A DNA stretch of 64,000 bases from a virus. The position numbers and the translations under genes were made by a program. Location: IMG/VR virus record IMGVR_UViG_3300045988_061891. One strand, 5' to 3'. The notes under the pieces were generated by a model. That model was not told where the DNA came from and did not search any database. It worked only from the letters and a program-made list of their open reading frames with translations. Below, one piece after another: positions 9,117 to 18,035 of this stretch (its first letter is position 1; each line of letters opens with the position of its first letter).

Positions 9117-9536
9117 ATGGCAGTAACAATTTCACCAGTAGGATTAGCTGCTGCTCCAGTAGCTAATACATTAGCCTTCATGGCTACTTACAAGGAAAAG
9201 CTATGCCGCCCGTTCTGTGTAGATTCAACTATACAACCTCAGGTATCTGTAGTTTATACTACAGGTACCCCAAGGTTGGTTGAGACAACTGTCTTTATCC
9301 CTGTTAAGGCAGTGATAACAGTTGTAACTCAGAATAGTCAGTGTGGATGTAATGCTCATACTCAATTGTTTACTGAAAACTTTGTAGTTGCATTCCAAGG
9401 TCAGACTGCTCTACCTACAGCAGTAACACTTACCAATGTGGGAAGAGACCAGTTCGGGTCTAATATAAATTGTGGATGTGCTTTCTCATACACAATAAAT
9501 GACTCTCTGACTCTTGCTATAACACCAGCGGCATAA
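9117..9536 (+). CDS. Beta-rich small structural-type protein with CGC motifs
   Basis: 139 aa, with alternating hydrophobic/polar strands. Contains SQCGCNAH and INCGCAFS. Confidence 0.5.
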   Translation: MAVTISPVGLAAAPVANTLAFMATYKEKLCRPFCVDSTIQPQVSVVYTTGTPRLVETTVFIPVKAVITVVTQNSQCGCNAHTQLFTENFVVAFQGQTALPTAVTLTNVGRDQFGSNINCGCAFSYTINDSLTLAITPAA

Positions 9537-9561
9537 ATTAACCAACTAAACTATTAACAAT

Positions 9562-10074
9562 ATGTTTTCCAACTTAAGAACTAACAGTCAATTATACATA
9601 CTTCACAAAGAATCTACCCCATATATTGAAGTGGGTCAGGTACTGAGTGTCTCTCAGCCTCAACCTAGATTCCCAGTAGCTAACTTTATGAATCCTCAGG
9701 AACTCGTAGTAGATGTTGTAGTGAGGATAAATGGCAATGATATTACATTGCAGAAACTCCCTGCAAACCTTGATATTGCAGACCAAGGAACTGCCAATGG
9801 TGCTTTGGTCATAACTACATCAAGAGAAGCTATGAACTCAGAGGTGGATTCCCTCAGACAGAAGAGTCTTGGCATTCTTAATAGCGTTGATTACCATAAG
9901 AAAATAGTTCAAGATTGCGAAGTATTACTACAAAGACTAAACCCAGAGTTTGCTGAACAAAAGCAACAGAAGCAAGAGATAGATATGCTCAAGTCTCAGA
10001 TGTCAGAGATGATGAGTGGTATGAAGGAACTGATGGCTCAATTTAAGTCTAAGGAAGACACAACTAAATCATAG
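9562..10074 (+). CDS. Hypothetical protein with a C-terminal coiled coil
   Basis: 170-aa ORF. The C-terminus EFAEQKQQKQEIDMLKSQMSEMMSGMKELMAQF is heptad-like. Confidence 0.5.
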   Translation: MFSNLRTNSQLYILHKESTPYIEVGQVLSVSQPQPRFPVANFMNPQELVVDVVVRINGNDITLQKLPANLDIADQGTANGALVITTSREAMNSEVDSLRQKSLGILNSVDYHKKIVQDCEVLLQRLNPEFAEQKQQKQEIDMLKSQMSEMMSGMKELMAQFKSKEDTTKS

Positions 10075-10077
10075 GAT

Positions 10078-10302
10078 ATGGGAAAGATTTTTCAAATAAC
10101 TGAAGACTACGAAGAAAGAGGTAGAGGTATGAGAAGGGAAGATGAGGACTATATGCTTGAAAAGGCTTTCAAAGAAGGTTGCGAACATGGCTATAGAAAG
10201 GCTATGAGAGAAGCAGGCTTCGATGAAAGAGGCGGCTATAGAAAAAACTATAGGGAAGGCTTTGAGGAAAAGATTGAAAAACTCAAAGAAAAGTATAGAT
10301 AA
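10078..10302 (+). CDS. Highly charged small protein
   Basis: 74 aa, very rich in E/K/R (GYRKAMREAGFDERGGYRKNYREGFEEKIEKLKEKYR). Tightly packed between its neighbours. Confidence 0.45.
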   Translation: MGKIFQITEDYEERGRGMRREDEDYMLEKAFKEGCEHGYRKAMREAGFDERGGYRKNYREGFEEKIEKLKEKYR

Positions 10303-10304
10303 CT

Positions 10305-10706
10305 ATGGGTCTCAGGCAGCAGTTCAAGATAAGGAAGTATGACTGGGATGTGGTTATATACTACACTGTAGATGAGAAACAGAAGACTGAGATAGTTACT
10401 GAACTTAAAGAGCTTCAGCCTGACAAAGAAACCTTTGAGAAATTGGAAAGGAACTTGATGAACTCAGAACTGGATACAGGTTTCATTTACTCAAGCTTCT
10501 ACAAGAAGTTCTCACTTATAGTCATACACAAGGCTTCGAGTATAGGAGAATTTGTTAACACCTTTGAGCATGAAAAGAACCATCTTGAAATGCACATATG
10601 TGAGGCTCTTGACATCAATCCTTACTCTGAGGAAGCTGCAATACTTAGTGGTGAGACAGCTATGCAAATACTCAATGAGGCATTGTACAACATAGCTGAG
10701 CTATAA
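10305..10706 (+). CDS. Small HExxH (zincin-like) protein
   Basis: 133 aa. HEKNH lies at residues 89-93 (nt 10569-10583), preceded by a beta-strand-like segment (FSLIVIHKASSIGEFVNTFEHEKNHLEMH). Confidence 0.45.
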   Translation: MGLRQQFKIRKYDWDVVIYYTVDEKQKTEIVTELKELQPDKETFEKLERNLMNSELDTGFIYSSFYKKFSLIVIHKASSIGEFVNTFEHEKNHLEMHICEALDINPYSEEAAILSGETAMQILNEALYNIAEL

Positions 10707-10710
10707 ACAT

Positions 10711-10740
10711 AAAGGGAGACATAATGTCTCCCTTTATTTT
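10711..10740 (+). terminator. Intrinsic terminator
   Basis: aaagggagacat-a-atgtctcccttt palindrome followed by atttt. It lies 5 nt after the stop at 10706. Confidence 0.75.
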
Positions 10741-10780
10741 TACATTTTTATTTACATTCTATTAATATTTCATTTAGTCT

Positions 10781-10812
10781 GTTGTGCAGTATTAAAACTT
10801 TTTCTACCTTTG
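10781..10812 (+). promoter_or_regulatory. Bacteroidota-type promoter P1 (GTTGTG-N18-TACCTTTG)
   Basis: The -7 motif TACCTTTG is at 10805-10812 and GTTGTG at 10781-10786. The ATG of the next gene is at 10828. Confidence 0.65.
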
Positions 10813-10827
10813 CAGTGAAGTTTAATA

Positions 10828-11988
10828 ATGAGAAGTTATATGGAAGAACTATCACTAGACAACATCCTCACAGGTTCTGAAATAGAGAACTTGTTTGTAG
10901 ATGAGGAAACACAGGAACCTGTGCCTGAAGATACAGGTAAAGAAAAAGAAGATAAGCCCGAAGAGGGCAAAGAAAAGAAAGAAAAAGAAACTACTGAGGT
11001 TAATGTAAACTCTTTATTTACAGAACCAGAGAGCGTAGGTAGTGAAGATGTAGAGGAAAAGGAAGATACTAGCCCTGACAAAGACAGTACTTCTCCCAAA
11101 TTTTACTCTTCCATTGCCAAAGCCTTTGCAGAGGAGGGTATCTTCCCAGACCTTGATGAAGACACTATTTCCAAAGTAGAAACCCCTGAAGACCTTAGAA
11201 AACTAGTAGATGAGCAGATTAAGGCTAGTCTTGATGAGAAGCAGAAGAGAGTTGATGAGGCCCTCAATGCAGGAGTGGAACCTGATACTATAAGACAGTA
11301 TGAAGGTGCCCTCAACTATCTTGACAGTCTTACTGATGATACTATTACAGCTGAGACTGAGGAGGGAGAGAAGCTGAGGAAACAACTTATATATCAAGAC
11401 TTCATCAACAGAGGTTACAGTAAAGAAAGAGCCTCAAGAGAAGTTCAGAAATCTCTTAATGGAGGCACTGATGTAGACGATGCAAAAGAGGCTTTGAAAA
11501 GCAATAAGGAATACTTTAAGTCCAAGTATGATGAAGTAGTTGAAGATGCCAAGAAAGAAGAAGAAGCAGAAGTAGCAAAGAGGAAGGAGCTGGCTACTCA
11601 GCTCAAGAACTCAATCCTCACTGACAAGAAAGTCTTTGGTGAGATAGAGGTTGACAAGGCAACAAGGCAAAGAATCTATGACAACATTGCCAAGCCTGTC
11701 TATAAAGACCCTGATACTGGGGAAATGCTCACTGCTATTCAGAGGTATGAGATTGAACATAGGACAGAGTTTCTCAAGAACCTTGGTCTTATATTCACAC
11801 TCACAGATGGCTTCAAAACACTTGATGGCCTTGTAAAAGGTAAAGTAAGAAAAGAAGTAAAAAAAGGGTTCAGAGAACTGGAAAATACTCTAAATAACAC
11901 TGCTAGAACCTCAGATGGTAATCTCAACTATGCAAGTGGAGTTGATTCAGAATCCTTTATAGGTAAGGGCTGGACCATTGATGCTTAA
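10828..11988 (+). CDS. Acidic protein, scaffold-like candidate
   Basis: 386 aa with an extremely acidic N-terminus (EDTGKEKEDKPEEGKEKKEKE) and helical, charged composition. It has its own promoter and lies immediately upstream of the putative capsid gene. Confidence 0.4.
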   Translation: MRSYMEELSLDNILTGSEIENLFVDEETQEPVPEDTGKEKEDKPEEGKEKKEKETTEVNVNSLFTEPESVGSEDVEEKEDTSPDKDSTSPKFYSSIAKAFAEEGIFPDLDEDTISKVETPEDLRKLVDEQIKASLDEKQKRVDEALNAGVEPDTIRQYEGALNYLDSLTDDTITAETEEGEKLRKQLIYQDFINRGYSKERASREVQKSLNGGTDVDDAKEALKSNKEYFKSKYDEVVEDAKKEEEAEVAKRKELATQLKNSILTDKKVFGEIEVDKATRQRIYDNIAKPVYKDPDTGEMLTAIQRYEIEHRTEFLKNLGLIFTLTDGFKTLDGLVKGKVRKEVKKGFRELENTLNNTARTSDGNLNYASGVDSESFIGKGWTIDA

Positions 11989-12017
11989 CAAAATATAACC
12001 AATAATCAATTCTATTT

Positions 12018-13532
12018 ATGGCTGGAAAACTGAATAAGTTCCAAATGATTAGCTTTTCTCACTGGAAAGGTCTGACTAAGGACAACCACCTTGGTCAAAT
12101 CTTCCAGCTTGCTCCACAGAAGGCTACTAACCTAATGGTACAGCTGCTAGCTTGGTACAGAGGTAAAACTCTTGATACCTTCCTAAGTCAGTTCCCTACA
12201 AAAGAGTTTGAAGATGACTCAGAATATTACTGGGATGTGATTGGCTCTACTAGAAGGAATATTCCTCTGCTTGAGGCAAGAGATGAGAATGGCAATGTAG
12301 TAACCGCAGCAACTACTGCCAATGTAGGTGTTGGCACAGCTGTGTTTGAACTTGTCTTCCCTGAAGACTGGTTTGCTGATGGCGAAGTTATTGTAGGTAA
12401 TCTGAATGAGGTATATCCTATGAGGATTCTTGGTAATCCAAGAATGGAAGGTACTAATGCAGTTTACAAGGTAGAACTCATGGGTGGTATCACTCAGGGT
12501 ATTCCTGCTGAAAGACTGCTTCCAGGAGAGAGATTCAGTTATGAATATGCTCCTGTTGAAAAGGCACTTTCGAGGAAAGTTGGTGATGTTAGATTCACTT
12601 CTCCTGTATCAATGAGAAATGAGTGGTCTACTATCAGAATTCAACACAAGGTACCTGGTAATATGCTTAATAAGAAGCTTGCCTGTGGTATCCCTGTAGC
12701 GAAGGAAACTCCTACAGGCTATACTAAATCTGTAGTTAACATGTGGATGCACTATGTTGACTGGGAAGTTGAGCAGACATTCTCTGAATACAAGAACAAC
12801 ATCCTTGCTTTTGGTAGAAGCAACAGAAACAACAATGGTGAATACATGAACTTCGGTAAGTCAGGCGAAGTTATCAAGATGGGTGCTGGTCTGTTTGAAC
12901 AGATGGAAGTAGCAAATACTCAGTACTACAATAGATTCAGTCTGAAACTTCTTGAAGATGCTCTGTATGAACTATCTGCATCCAAGCTTGATTTTGGTGA
13001 CAGATACTTTGTCATCAAGACAGGTGAAAGAGGTGCTATCCAGTTCCACAAGGCTGTACTTCAGACTGTAAGTGGATGGACTCAATTCACACTGAATGGT
13101 GATGCACTTAACATTGTTGAAAAGACTCAGAGCAATCTGCACACTAATGCTCTTGCAGCTGGCTTCCAGTTTGTAGAGTATAGAGCACCGAATGGTGTAA
13201 GAGTAAAACTTGATGTTGACCCATATTATGATGACCCAATAAGAAACAAGGTACAGCACCCTGATGGTGGTCCTGCCTTCTCTTATAGGTATGACATCAT
13301 GTACATTGGTACTATGGACCAACCCAATATCTTCAAGTGTAAGATTAAGGGACAAGATGAGTTCAGAGGCTATCAATGGGGATTGAGGAATCCATTCACA
13401 GGTCAGCTTGGTAATCAATTCATGTCATATGATGAAGATTCAGCTACCTTCCATAGAATGGCTACTCTTGGTGTCTGTGTTCTTGACCCAACTAGAACAA
13501 TGTCACTTATCCCTGCTATTCTACAGGGCTAA
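12018..13532 (+). CDS. Putative major capsid protein
   Basis: 504 aa. Its position after the scaffold-like gene, its size and the strong terminator immediately downstream fit the crAss-like head-module layout. No diagnostic motif can be read by eye. Confidence 0.5.
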   Translation: MAGKLNKFQMISFSHWKGLTKDNHLGQIFQLAPQKATNLMVQLLAWYRGKTLDTFLSQFPTKEFEDDSEYYWDVIGSTRRNIPLLEARDENGNVVTAATTANVGVGTAVFELVFPEDWFADGEVIVGNLNEVYPMRILGNPRMEGTNAVYKVELMGGITQGIPAERLLPGERFSYEYAPVEKALSRKVGDVRFTSPVSMRNEWSTIRIQHKVPGNMLNKKLACGIPVAKETPTGYTKSVVNMWMHYVDWEVEQTFSEYKNNILAFGRSNRNNNGEYMNFGKSGEVIKMGAGLFEQMEVANTQYYNRFSLKLLEDALYELSASKLDFGDRYFVIKTGERGAIQFHKAVLQTVSGWTQFTLNGDALNIVEKTQSNLHTNALAAGFQFVEYRAPNGVRVKLDVDPYYDDPIRNKVQHPDGGPAFSYRYDIMYIGTMDQPNIFKCKIKGQDEFRGYQWGLRNPFTGQLGNQFMSYDEDSATFHRMATLGVCVLDPTRTMSLIPAILQG

Positions 13533-13542
13533 AAATCAAAAT

Positions 13543-13573
13543 AAGGGGGAGAGGGCAATTCTCTCTTCCCCTT
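13543..13573 (+). terminator. Intrinsic terminator after the putative MCP
   Basis: 13-bp stem (aagggggagaggg / ctctcttcccctt, two G-U pairs) with a 5-nt loop. It is followed by T-rich sequence (tctttaacttttt). Confidence 0.65.
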
Positions 13574-13597
13574 TCTTTAACTTTTTAAGGAGAAGAT

Positions 13598-14590
13598 ATG
13601 GCAAAGAAAAATAGGGAAGAAATAAACGTAGCTCAGATTGATTTATCTGATGAACTACCTCTAAAGGAGGTGCCTACGGCTGCACCTGTAGTTGAGGAAC
13701 AGCCTATGAGAAAGGCACCAAGACAGTTGATTAACTGTCTTAGAAATGAGAGAATAATTGTAAGGCATATACCCAAGCTTGGTGGTATGATTACTAATCC
13801 TAAGCATATCCTCTATGGAGGTATGGCTGAAAATGCTACCAAGATATTTACAGTACCTAGACTAAGCTCAGGTATGTATGTAAATGTACTGACAGATGAT
13901 GAGAAGGCTTTCCTTGAGCACATCATGAGACTTGAGGTAAATGCTCTTTCTATCTACAGAAAAACAGATAACTTCTGGGATGATACAAATGATAAAGGTA
14001 TTTCAAGGGTAAGACTTACCAAACAGGATAACTACCTCAATCTATCAGACCCTGAAGATTATATAAGATATAAGATTCTTCTAGCCAACAAGAACTATAT
14101 TGCCCCATCACTTGAAGCATTGCAGGATGCTCCTAAGGCAAGTTATCAGTTTGTAATCATTTCTGAGGGAGATGAAACAAAGAGTGCCAAGGTTAATATG
14201 AGTACCACGATGAAGTGCTACAAGGAGTTTGGCAAGATAGAGGAGGATGCAGACACTTTAAGAGTAGTTATTGAAACTATTGACGGAAGACCTCTTGCAT
14301 CTACATCTAAACTTGAGTTCTTACAGACTAGGGCTAATGACCTCATTCAGGCAGATAGTAAAATCTTCCTTAGAGTTATCAGTGACCCAATGCTTCCTAC
14401 AAAGGTTCTTATCAAGAAGTCCATTGAAGCAGGTCTTATCTCTAATAGAGGAAACTATCTATATCTGAGAAGTGATAATACTCCACTATGTGAAGCTAAT
14501 GAAGAACCTACACTCAACATAGCAGCTAAGTATCTTAACAACCCTAAACATCAGGAAGTAAAGTTCAGCTTGGAGGCTAAATTAAAATAA
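13598..14590 (+). CDS. Hypothetical head-module protein
   Basis: 330-aa ORF in the head gene block. No recognisable motif. Confidence 0.55.
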   Translation: MAKKNREEINVAQIDLSDELPLKEVPTAAPVVEEQPMRKAPRQLINCLRNERIIVRHIPKLGGMITNPKHILYGGMAENATKIFTVPRLSSGMYVNVLTDDEKAFLEHIMRLEVNALSIYRKTDNFWDDTNDKGISRVRLTKQDNYLNLSDPEDYIRYKILLANKNYIAPSLEALQDAPKASYQFVIISEGDETKSAKVNMSTTMKCYKEFGKIEEDADTLRVVIETIDGRPLASTSKLEFLQTRANDLIQADSKIFLRVISDPMLPTKVLIKKSIEAGLISNRGNYLYLRSDNTPLCEANEEPTLNIAAKYLNNPKHQEVKFSLEAKLK

Positions 14591-14624
14591 CCTGCTCTAT
14601 ACTTATAGAGTAAAAAAGAACATT

Positions 14625-15440
14625 ATGACTAATTTAGAGTTTAGTAATGAGTTTGATGTGCTCTATAATAATATCACAAGTAATCAGGCTCCAGGTCTTG
14701 ATGAGTATGAAAAGTCTGTGTTTTTAACAAAGGCTCAAGATGAAATCATCAAAGCTTACTTCAATCCAAGGACAAATAAAACGCAGGAGGGCTTTGATGG
14801 TAATGAGAAGAGACAGATTGACTTCTCTATGATTATGAGGAGTCATATCTATACTTACTCCAAAGGAGCACCAGACCCATTTACTACTTCTTTCTTTGAC
14901 CTTAGGGACAACACTAAAGCAGTTGCTCTTAACCCTGACATTTTAATGTTTGTCAATGAATATGTTGAAGTTACAAGAAATGATAAAACTGTCAGGCTTA
15001 CAGTAGTTCCAATAAACTATATGGAATACTCAAGGCTTATGAGTAAGCCATTCAAGAGACCCATCAAGAACCAAGCATGGAGACTACTTGATAATAGTGA
15101 TGGAATCAAGAAAGCAGAGCTTATTGTAGGACCTATAGATACTATAACAAAGTATGTAACAAGGTATGTAAAAAGACCTAGAGCTATCATCCTTGATGTT
15201 TTATCTGATGGCACATCTCTTGATGGTTATGTAGGAGCTGATAAGGAGGGTAATCCAACAACTGATGTAAGTAAAGCTACACAAGGAATTACTTGTGAGC
15301 TTGACCCAATTCTCCACCCTGAAATTCTACAGAGGGCGGTTGAACTTGCAAAAGCAGCATATACTGGTGACCTTGCTTCACAGCTTGCTCTTGGTCAGAA
15401 TTCACAAACCAATATGGGTATTGTAACTCAAAGTAAATAA
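14625..15440 (+). CDS. Structural-module protein, paralogue 1 of a tandem pair
   Basis: 271 aa. N-terminus MTNLEFSNEFDVLYNN...DEYEKSVFLTKAQDEII and C-terminus CELDPILHPEILQRAVELAKAAY match the next ORF. Confidence 0.6.
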   Translation: MTNLEFSNEFDVLYNNITSNQAPGLDEYEKSVFLTKAQDEIIKAYFNPRTNKTQEGFDGNEKRQIDFSMIMRSHIYTYSKGAPDPFTTSFFDLRDNTKAVALNPDILMFVNEYVEVTRNDKTVRLTVVPINYMEYSRLMSKPFKRPIKNQAWRLLDNSDGIKKAELIVGPIDTITKYVTRYVKRPRAIILDVLSDGTSLDGYVGADKEGNPTTDVSKATQGITCELDPILHPEILQRAVELAKAAYTGDLASQLALGQNSQTNMGIVTQSK

Positions 15441-15442
15441 TT

Positions 15443-16129
15443 ATGACAAATGAAGAGTTCTCAAATGAATTTGATACTTTAGTTAATAGTAATTCTACTT
15501 TTAGTTCCACTCTCACTCCATTGGAGTTTGATGAATATGAGAAGTCTGTATTTCTTACAAAAGCACAAGAGAGTGTAGTAATAGCTCTCTATAAGGGAAC
15601 TCTTACAGGAGATTCATTTGAAAAGACAGAAGAACTGAGAAGATATTTGGATAGTCTTGTGAAGACCTACTCTACTAGTGAACAAGTAGTAGGAAAGGTA
15701 CTTACAAGTAATTCATATCTCTTTAACCTTCCTAAAGACACTTGGTTTATAACCTATGAGGCTGTTGAATCAAAAGATAAAAGGCTGGGCTGTACCAAAG
15801 GTTCTATTATGGAAGTAGTTCCTGTTACTCAGGATGAACTTCACAAAACCCTTAGGAATCCATTTAGAATGCCCAACGAGAGGAGGGTACTAAGGCTCGA
15901 TACAGAAGGAAATACTGTTGAACTTATCTCAGTCTACAGCATAGATAAGTATTGGATTAGATACCTTTCTAAGCCTGACCCTATCATCCTAATTGATTTA
16001 CCCGAGGGTATTACTATTAATGAGGAGAGAGTAGCAACTAAATGTAAATTAAATCCTGCAATACATAGAGTGATACTAGAAATGGCAGTTAGCCTTGCCT
16101 TGAAGAGTAGAGCCAATGCAGGTAAGTAA
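15443..16129 (+). CDS. Structural-module protein, paralogue 2 of a tandem pair
   Basis: 228 aa. MTNEEFSNEFDTLVNS...DEYEKSVFLTKAQESVV and CKLNPAIHRVILEMAVSLALKS. Confidence 0.6.
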   Translation: MTNEEFSNEFDTLVNSNSTFSSTLTPLEFDEYEKSVFLTKAQESVVIALYKGTLTGDSFEKTEELRRYLDSLVKTYSTSEQVVGKVLTSNSYLFNLPKDTWFITYEAVESKDKRLGCTKGSIMEVVPVTQDELHKTLRNPFRMPNERRVLRLDTEGNTVELISVYSIDKYWIRYLSKPDPIILIDLPEGITINEERVATKCKLNPAIHRVILEMAVSLALKSRANAGK

Positions 16130-16149
16130 AAACTTAATAAAATAAATTT

Positions 16150-17190
16150 ATGGTATTTTCAACTAACCAAGTAAGACAACTTTATGTAGTCACAGCAGTA
16201 CAAGGTACTGCACAAAAGACAGATGGTAAAGTGAGTGAGTCAGATGCTGCTGGTACCATTGCTCTCAAGGCTGATGCTGAAAGTAAGAACCTGTATTTCC
16301 AGTACAAGGGAGCTGACAACCTTATGAGGAGTGACCTTATCAATAAAGATAATATCCTCTACGTAAAGGCTGTAAGTGCAGAAGCTGATGCTCAGAAACA
16401 TGCACTTAAGAAAGCTGTGGTTAAACTTGATTCGAATGTAAATGGAGGTGAGCCTATTGGAGGACAGGATTACATTCTTAGAATCTGTATCAACCCTTAT
16501 GTAGGAATGTCAGATGAAGAACCATACTTCAAGTATGGTGCTGTTCATGCTATGAAGGGTATGAAGCCTTCTGAGTTTTATACTAAACTTGCAGCTTCTC
16601 TCTATAAGAACTTCAGCAGAGAGCTAGGCAAAATGCTTGAGTTTACTATTGCTGACAAGGTTGTAGGAAGAGTCAAAACTACTGCTGATGGCACTGAATC
16701 TCTCATAGATACTACTGGTGCAGCTATCACTGTTCCTGAAGAGTATGTCGATGGTATAACTATCACTGAAGTAGAGCAGGAATGGACTCTTGGTATCAAG
16801 GAACAGACTAATGTTAACTTCACAGTTACTCCTACTACTGTCATCTCTGATGGAGATGAAGTTAAGTGGGGCACTGTCACTTATGATAAGAGTGATACTG
16901 TAAGGAATAATGGTAGAAAGATAGCAGACCTTGAGTATTTCTGCATGGGTGAAAGAGGTGACCAGTACAGAAATGTTGGATGGCCTAACAGCATTCCAAC
17001 CAAATATCTTGTTGACCCTAGCACTGCATACAATGTTCTTGAAATCCATTATGCTTATGTAGGTGCTAATGAAGGACCACAAAGGTCAGAGAAGGACATC
17101 ACTATTGTATGTGATAACAAGACAAATCTAAACAAGCTCATTGGTCAGTTTGCAGCTGCCTCTGGGGTAGATATTGCAGAACTAGCCTAA
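16150..17190 (+). CDS. Abundant virion protein candidate (auxiliary capsid protein-like by position)
   Basis: 346 aa. It is the fourth gene after the putative MCP and is followed directly by a strong terminator. The assignment is by recalled synteny only. Confidence 0.4.
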   Translation: MVFSTNQVRQLYVVTAVQGTAQKTDGKVSESDAAGTIALKADAESKNLYFQYKGADNLMRSDLINKDNILYVKAVSAEADAQKHALKKAVVKLDSNVNGGEPIGGQDYILRICINPYVGMSDEEPYFKYGAVHAMKGMKPSEFYTKLAASLYKNFSRELGKMLEFTIADKVVGRVKTTADGTESLIDTTGAAITVPEEYVDGITITEVEQEWTLGIKEQTNVNFTVTPTTVISDGDEVKWGTVTYDKSDTVRNNGRKIADLEYFCMGERGDQYRNVGWPNSIPTKYLVDPSTAYNVLEIHYAYVGANEGPQRSEKDITIVCDNKTNLNKLIGQFAAASGVDIAELA

Positions 17191-17194
17191 TCAT

Positions 17195-17221
17195 AAGGGA
17201 GGTCACAAGCCTCCCTTTTTT
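17195..17221 (+). terminator. Intrinsic terminator
   Basis: aagggagg-tcacaag-cctccctt followed by ttttt. It lies 5 nt after the stop at 17190. Confidence 0.75.
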
Positions 17222-17232
17222 ATTATACTCCC

Positions 17233-17757
17233 ATGATAAAGTACAATACACTAAAGATAGAAGGCAGCAATCTTATAATAGACATTGAGGTTGAGGACAA
17301 GTCATACTATAGCAATATCAGTATAGAAGGTGTGAGGGTTGATACTCCTCTTACCTATGGAACTGATACTCCATATTATCCTAATTTTACCCAAAATGAA
17401 GATAATGTAACAAGATACAAGGCTGAAATCCCTATTTCTGATGTCAAGAAGGAGCTTCTTATTATTACTCCACAGGTGCATGTTGAACTTCCCCCTGATA
17501 CTCCTTGTGGAGCTGATGTAATTGATATGGCTGCTGTCTATGACAGAAATGTTCTGCTTGATAAAGGACTTGGATACCTTAAGGAACTGGGGGATACCTG
17601 TGAAATACCAAAAGGCTTTGTAGATTTCATACTTAAGAGATATGCTCTTGACATGGTTATAGATACCTGTAACTATAGTATGGCTATCAAGTATTGGAAG
17701 ATGCTTACAAGGATAAAGGGGACTACTATAAAAGGATGTGGATGCAATGGAAAATAA
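17233..17757 (+). CDS. Hypothetical structural-module protein with a C-terminal GCGCNGK
   Basis: 174-aa ORF. It shares the CGCN motif with the ORFs at 8180 and 9117. Confidence 0.5.
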   Translation: MIKYNTLKIEGSNLIIDIEVEDKSYYSNISIEGVRVDTPLTYGTDTPYYPNFTQNEDNVTRYKAEIPISDVKKELLIITPQVHVELPPDTPCGADVIDMAAVYDRNVLLDKGLGYLKELGDTCEIPKGFVDFILKRYALDMVIDTCNYSMAIKYWKMLTRIKGTTIKGCGCNGK

Positions 17758-17983
17758 TAGACTTTATGACACTCTTAACAGGTACTTTAAGAGACTGTCT
17801 CAAGTAGGTTATATTCCTGACAATGACACATTCTCTGTTCTAGTACTGGCTTATATTACAGAGCTGAAGGAAAAGACCTCTCTTACATCTGAACAGAACT
17901 TTATTATAGAGAAGGCTCTCTCATGTTTACAAGGAAGCTGTCTTATCCCTTATAACTCTTGTAAAGGAACTTGTTTACAGTAA
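17738..17983 (+). CDS. Hypothetical small protein
   Basis: 81-aa ORF with a 20-nt overlap with the upstream gene. Confidence 0.45.
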   Translation: MDAMENNRLYDTLNRYFKRLSQVGYIPDNDTFSVLVLAYITELKEKTSLTSEQNFIIEKALSCLQGSCLIPYNSCKGTCLQ

Positions 17984-18003
17984 AAAATAAAAATTATTAT
18001 GCT

Positions 18004-18035
18004 GTTGTGAAAGTCAAGAATTATTCTTACCTTTG
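18004..18035 (+). promoter_or_regulatory. Bacteroidota-type promoter P2 (GTTGTG-N18-TACCTTTG)
   Basis: GTTGTG is at 18004-18009 and TACCTTTG at 18028-18035. The ATG is at 18062. Confidence 0.65.

Noticed and set aside
12972-13418. 148-aa antisense ORF inside the putative capsid gene. Similar antisense ORFs lie at 3537-3899, 16624-17082, 44180-44629, 51650-52051, 55894-56346 and 62742-63227.
   Set aside because: Each is fully embedded opposite a long, motif-bearing gene. Each has Ser/Leu/Ile-rich composition typical of the reverse frame of AT-rich coding DNA, and none has promoter or terminator context.
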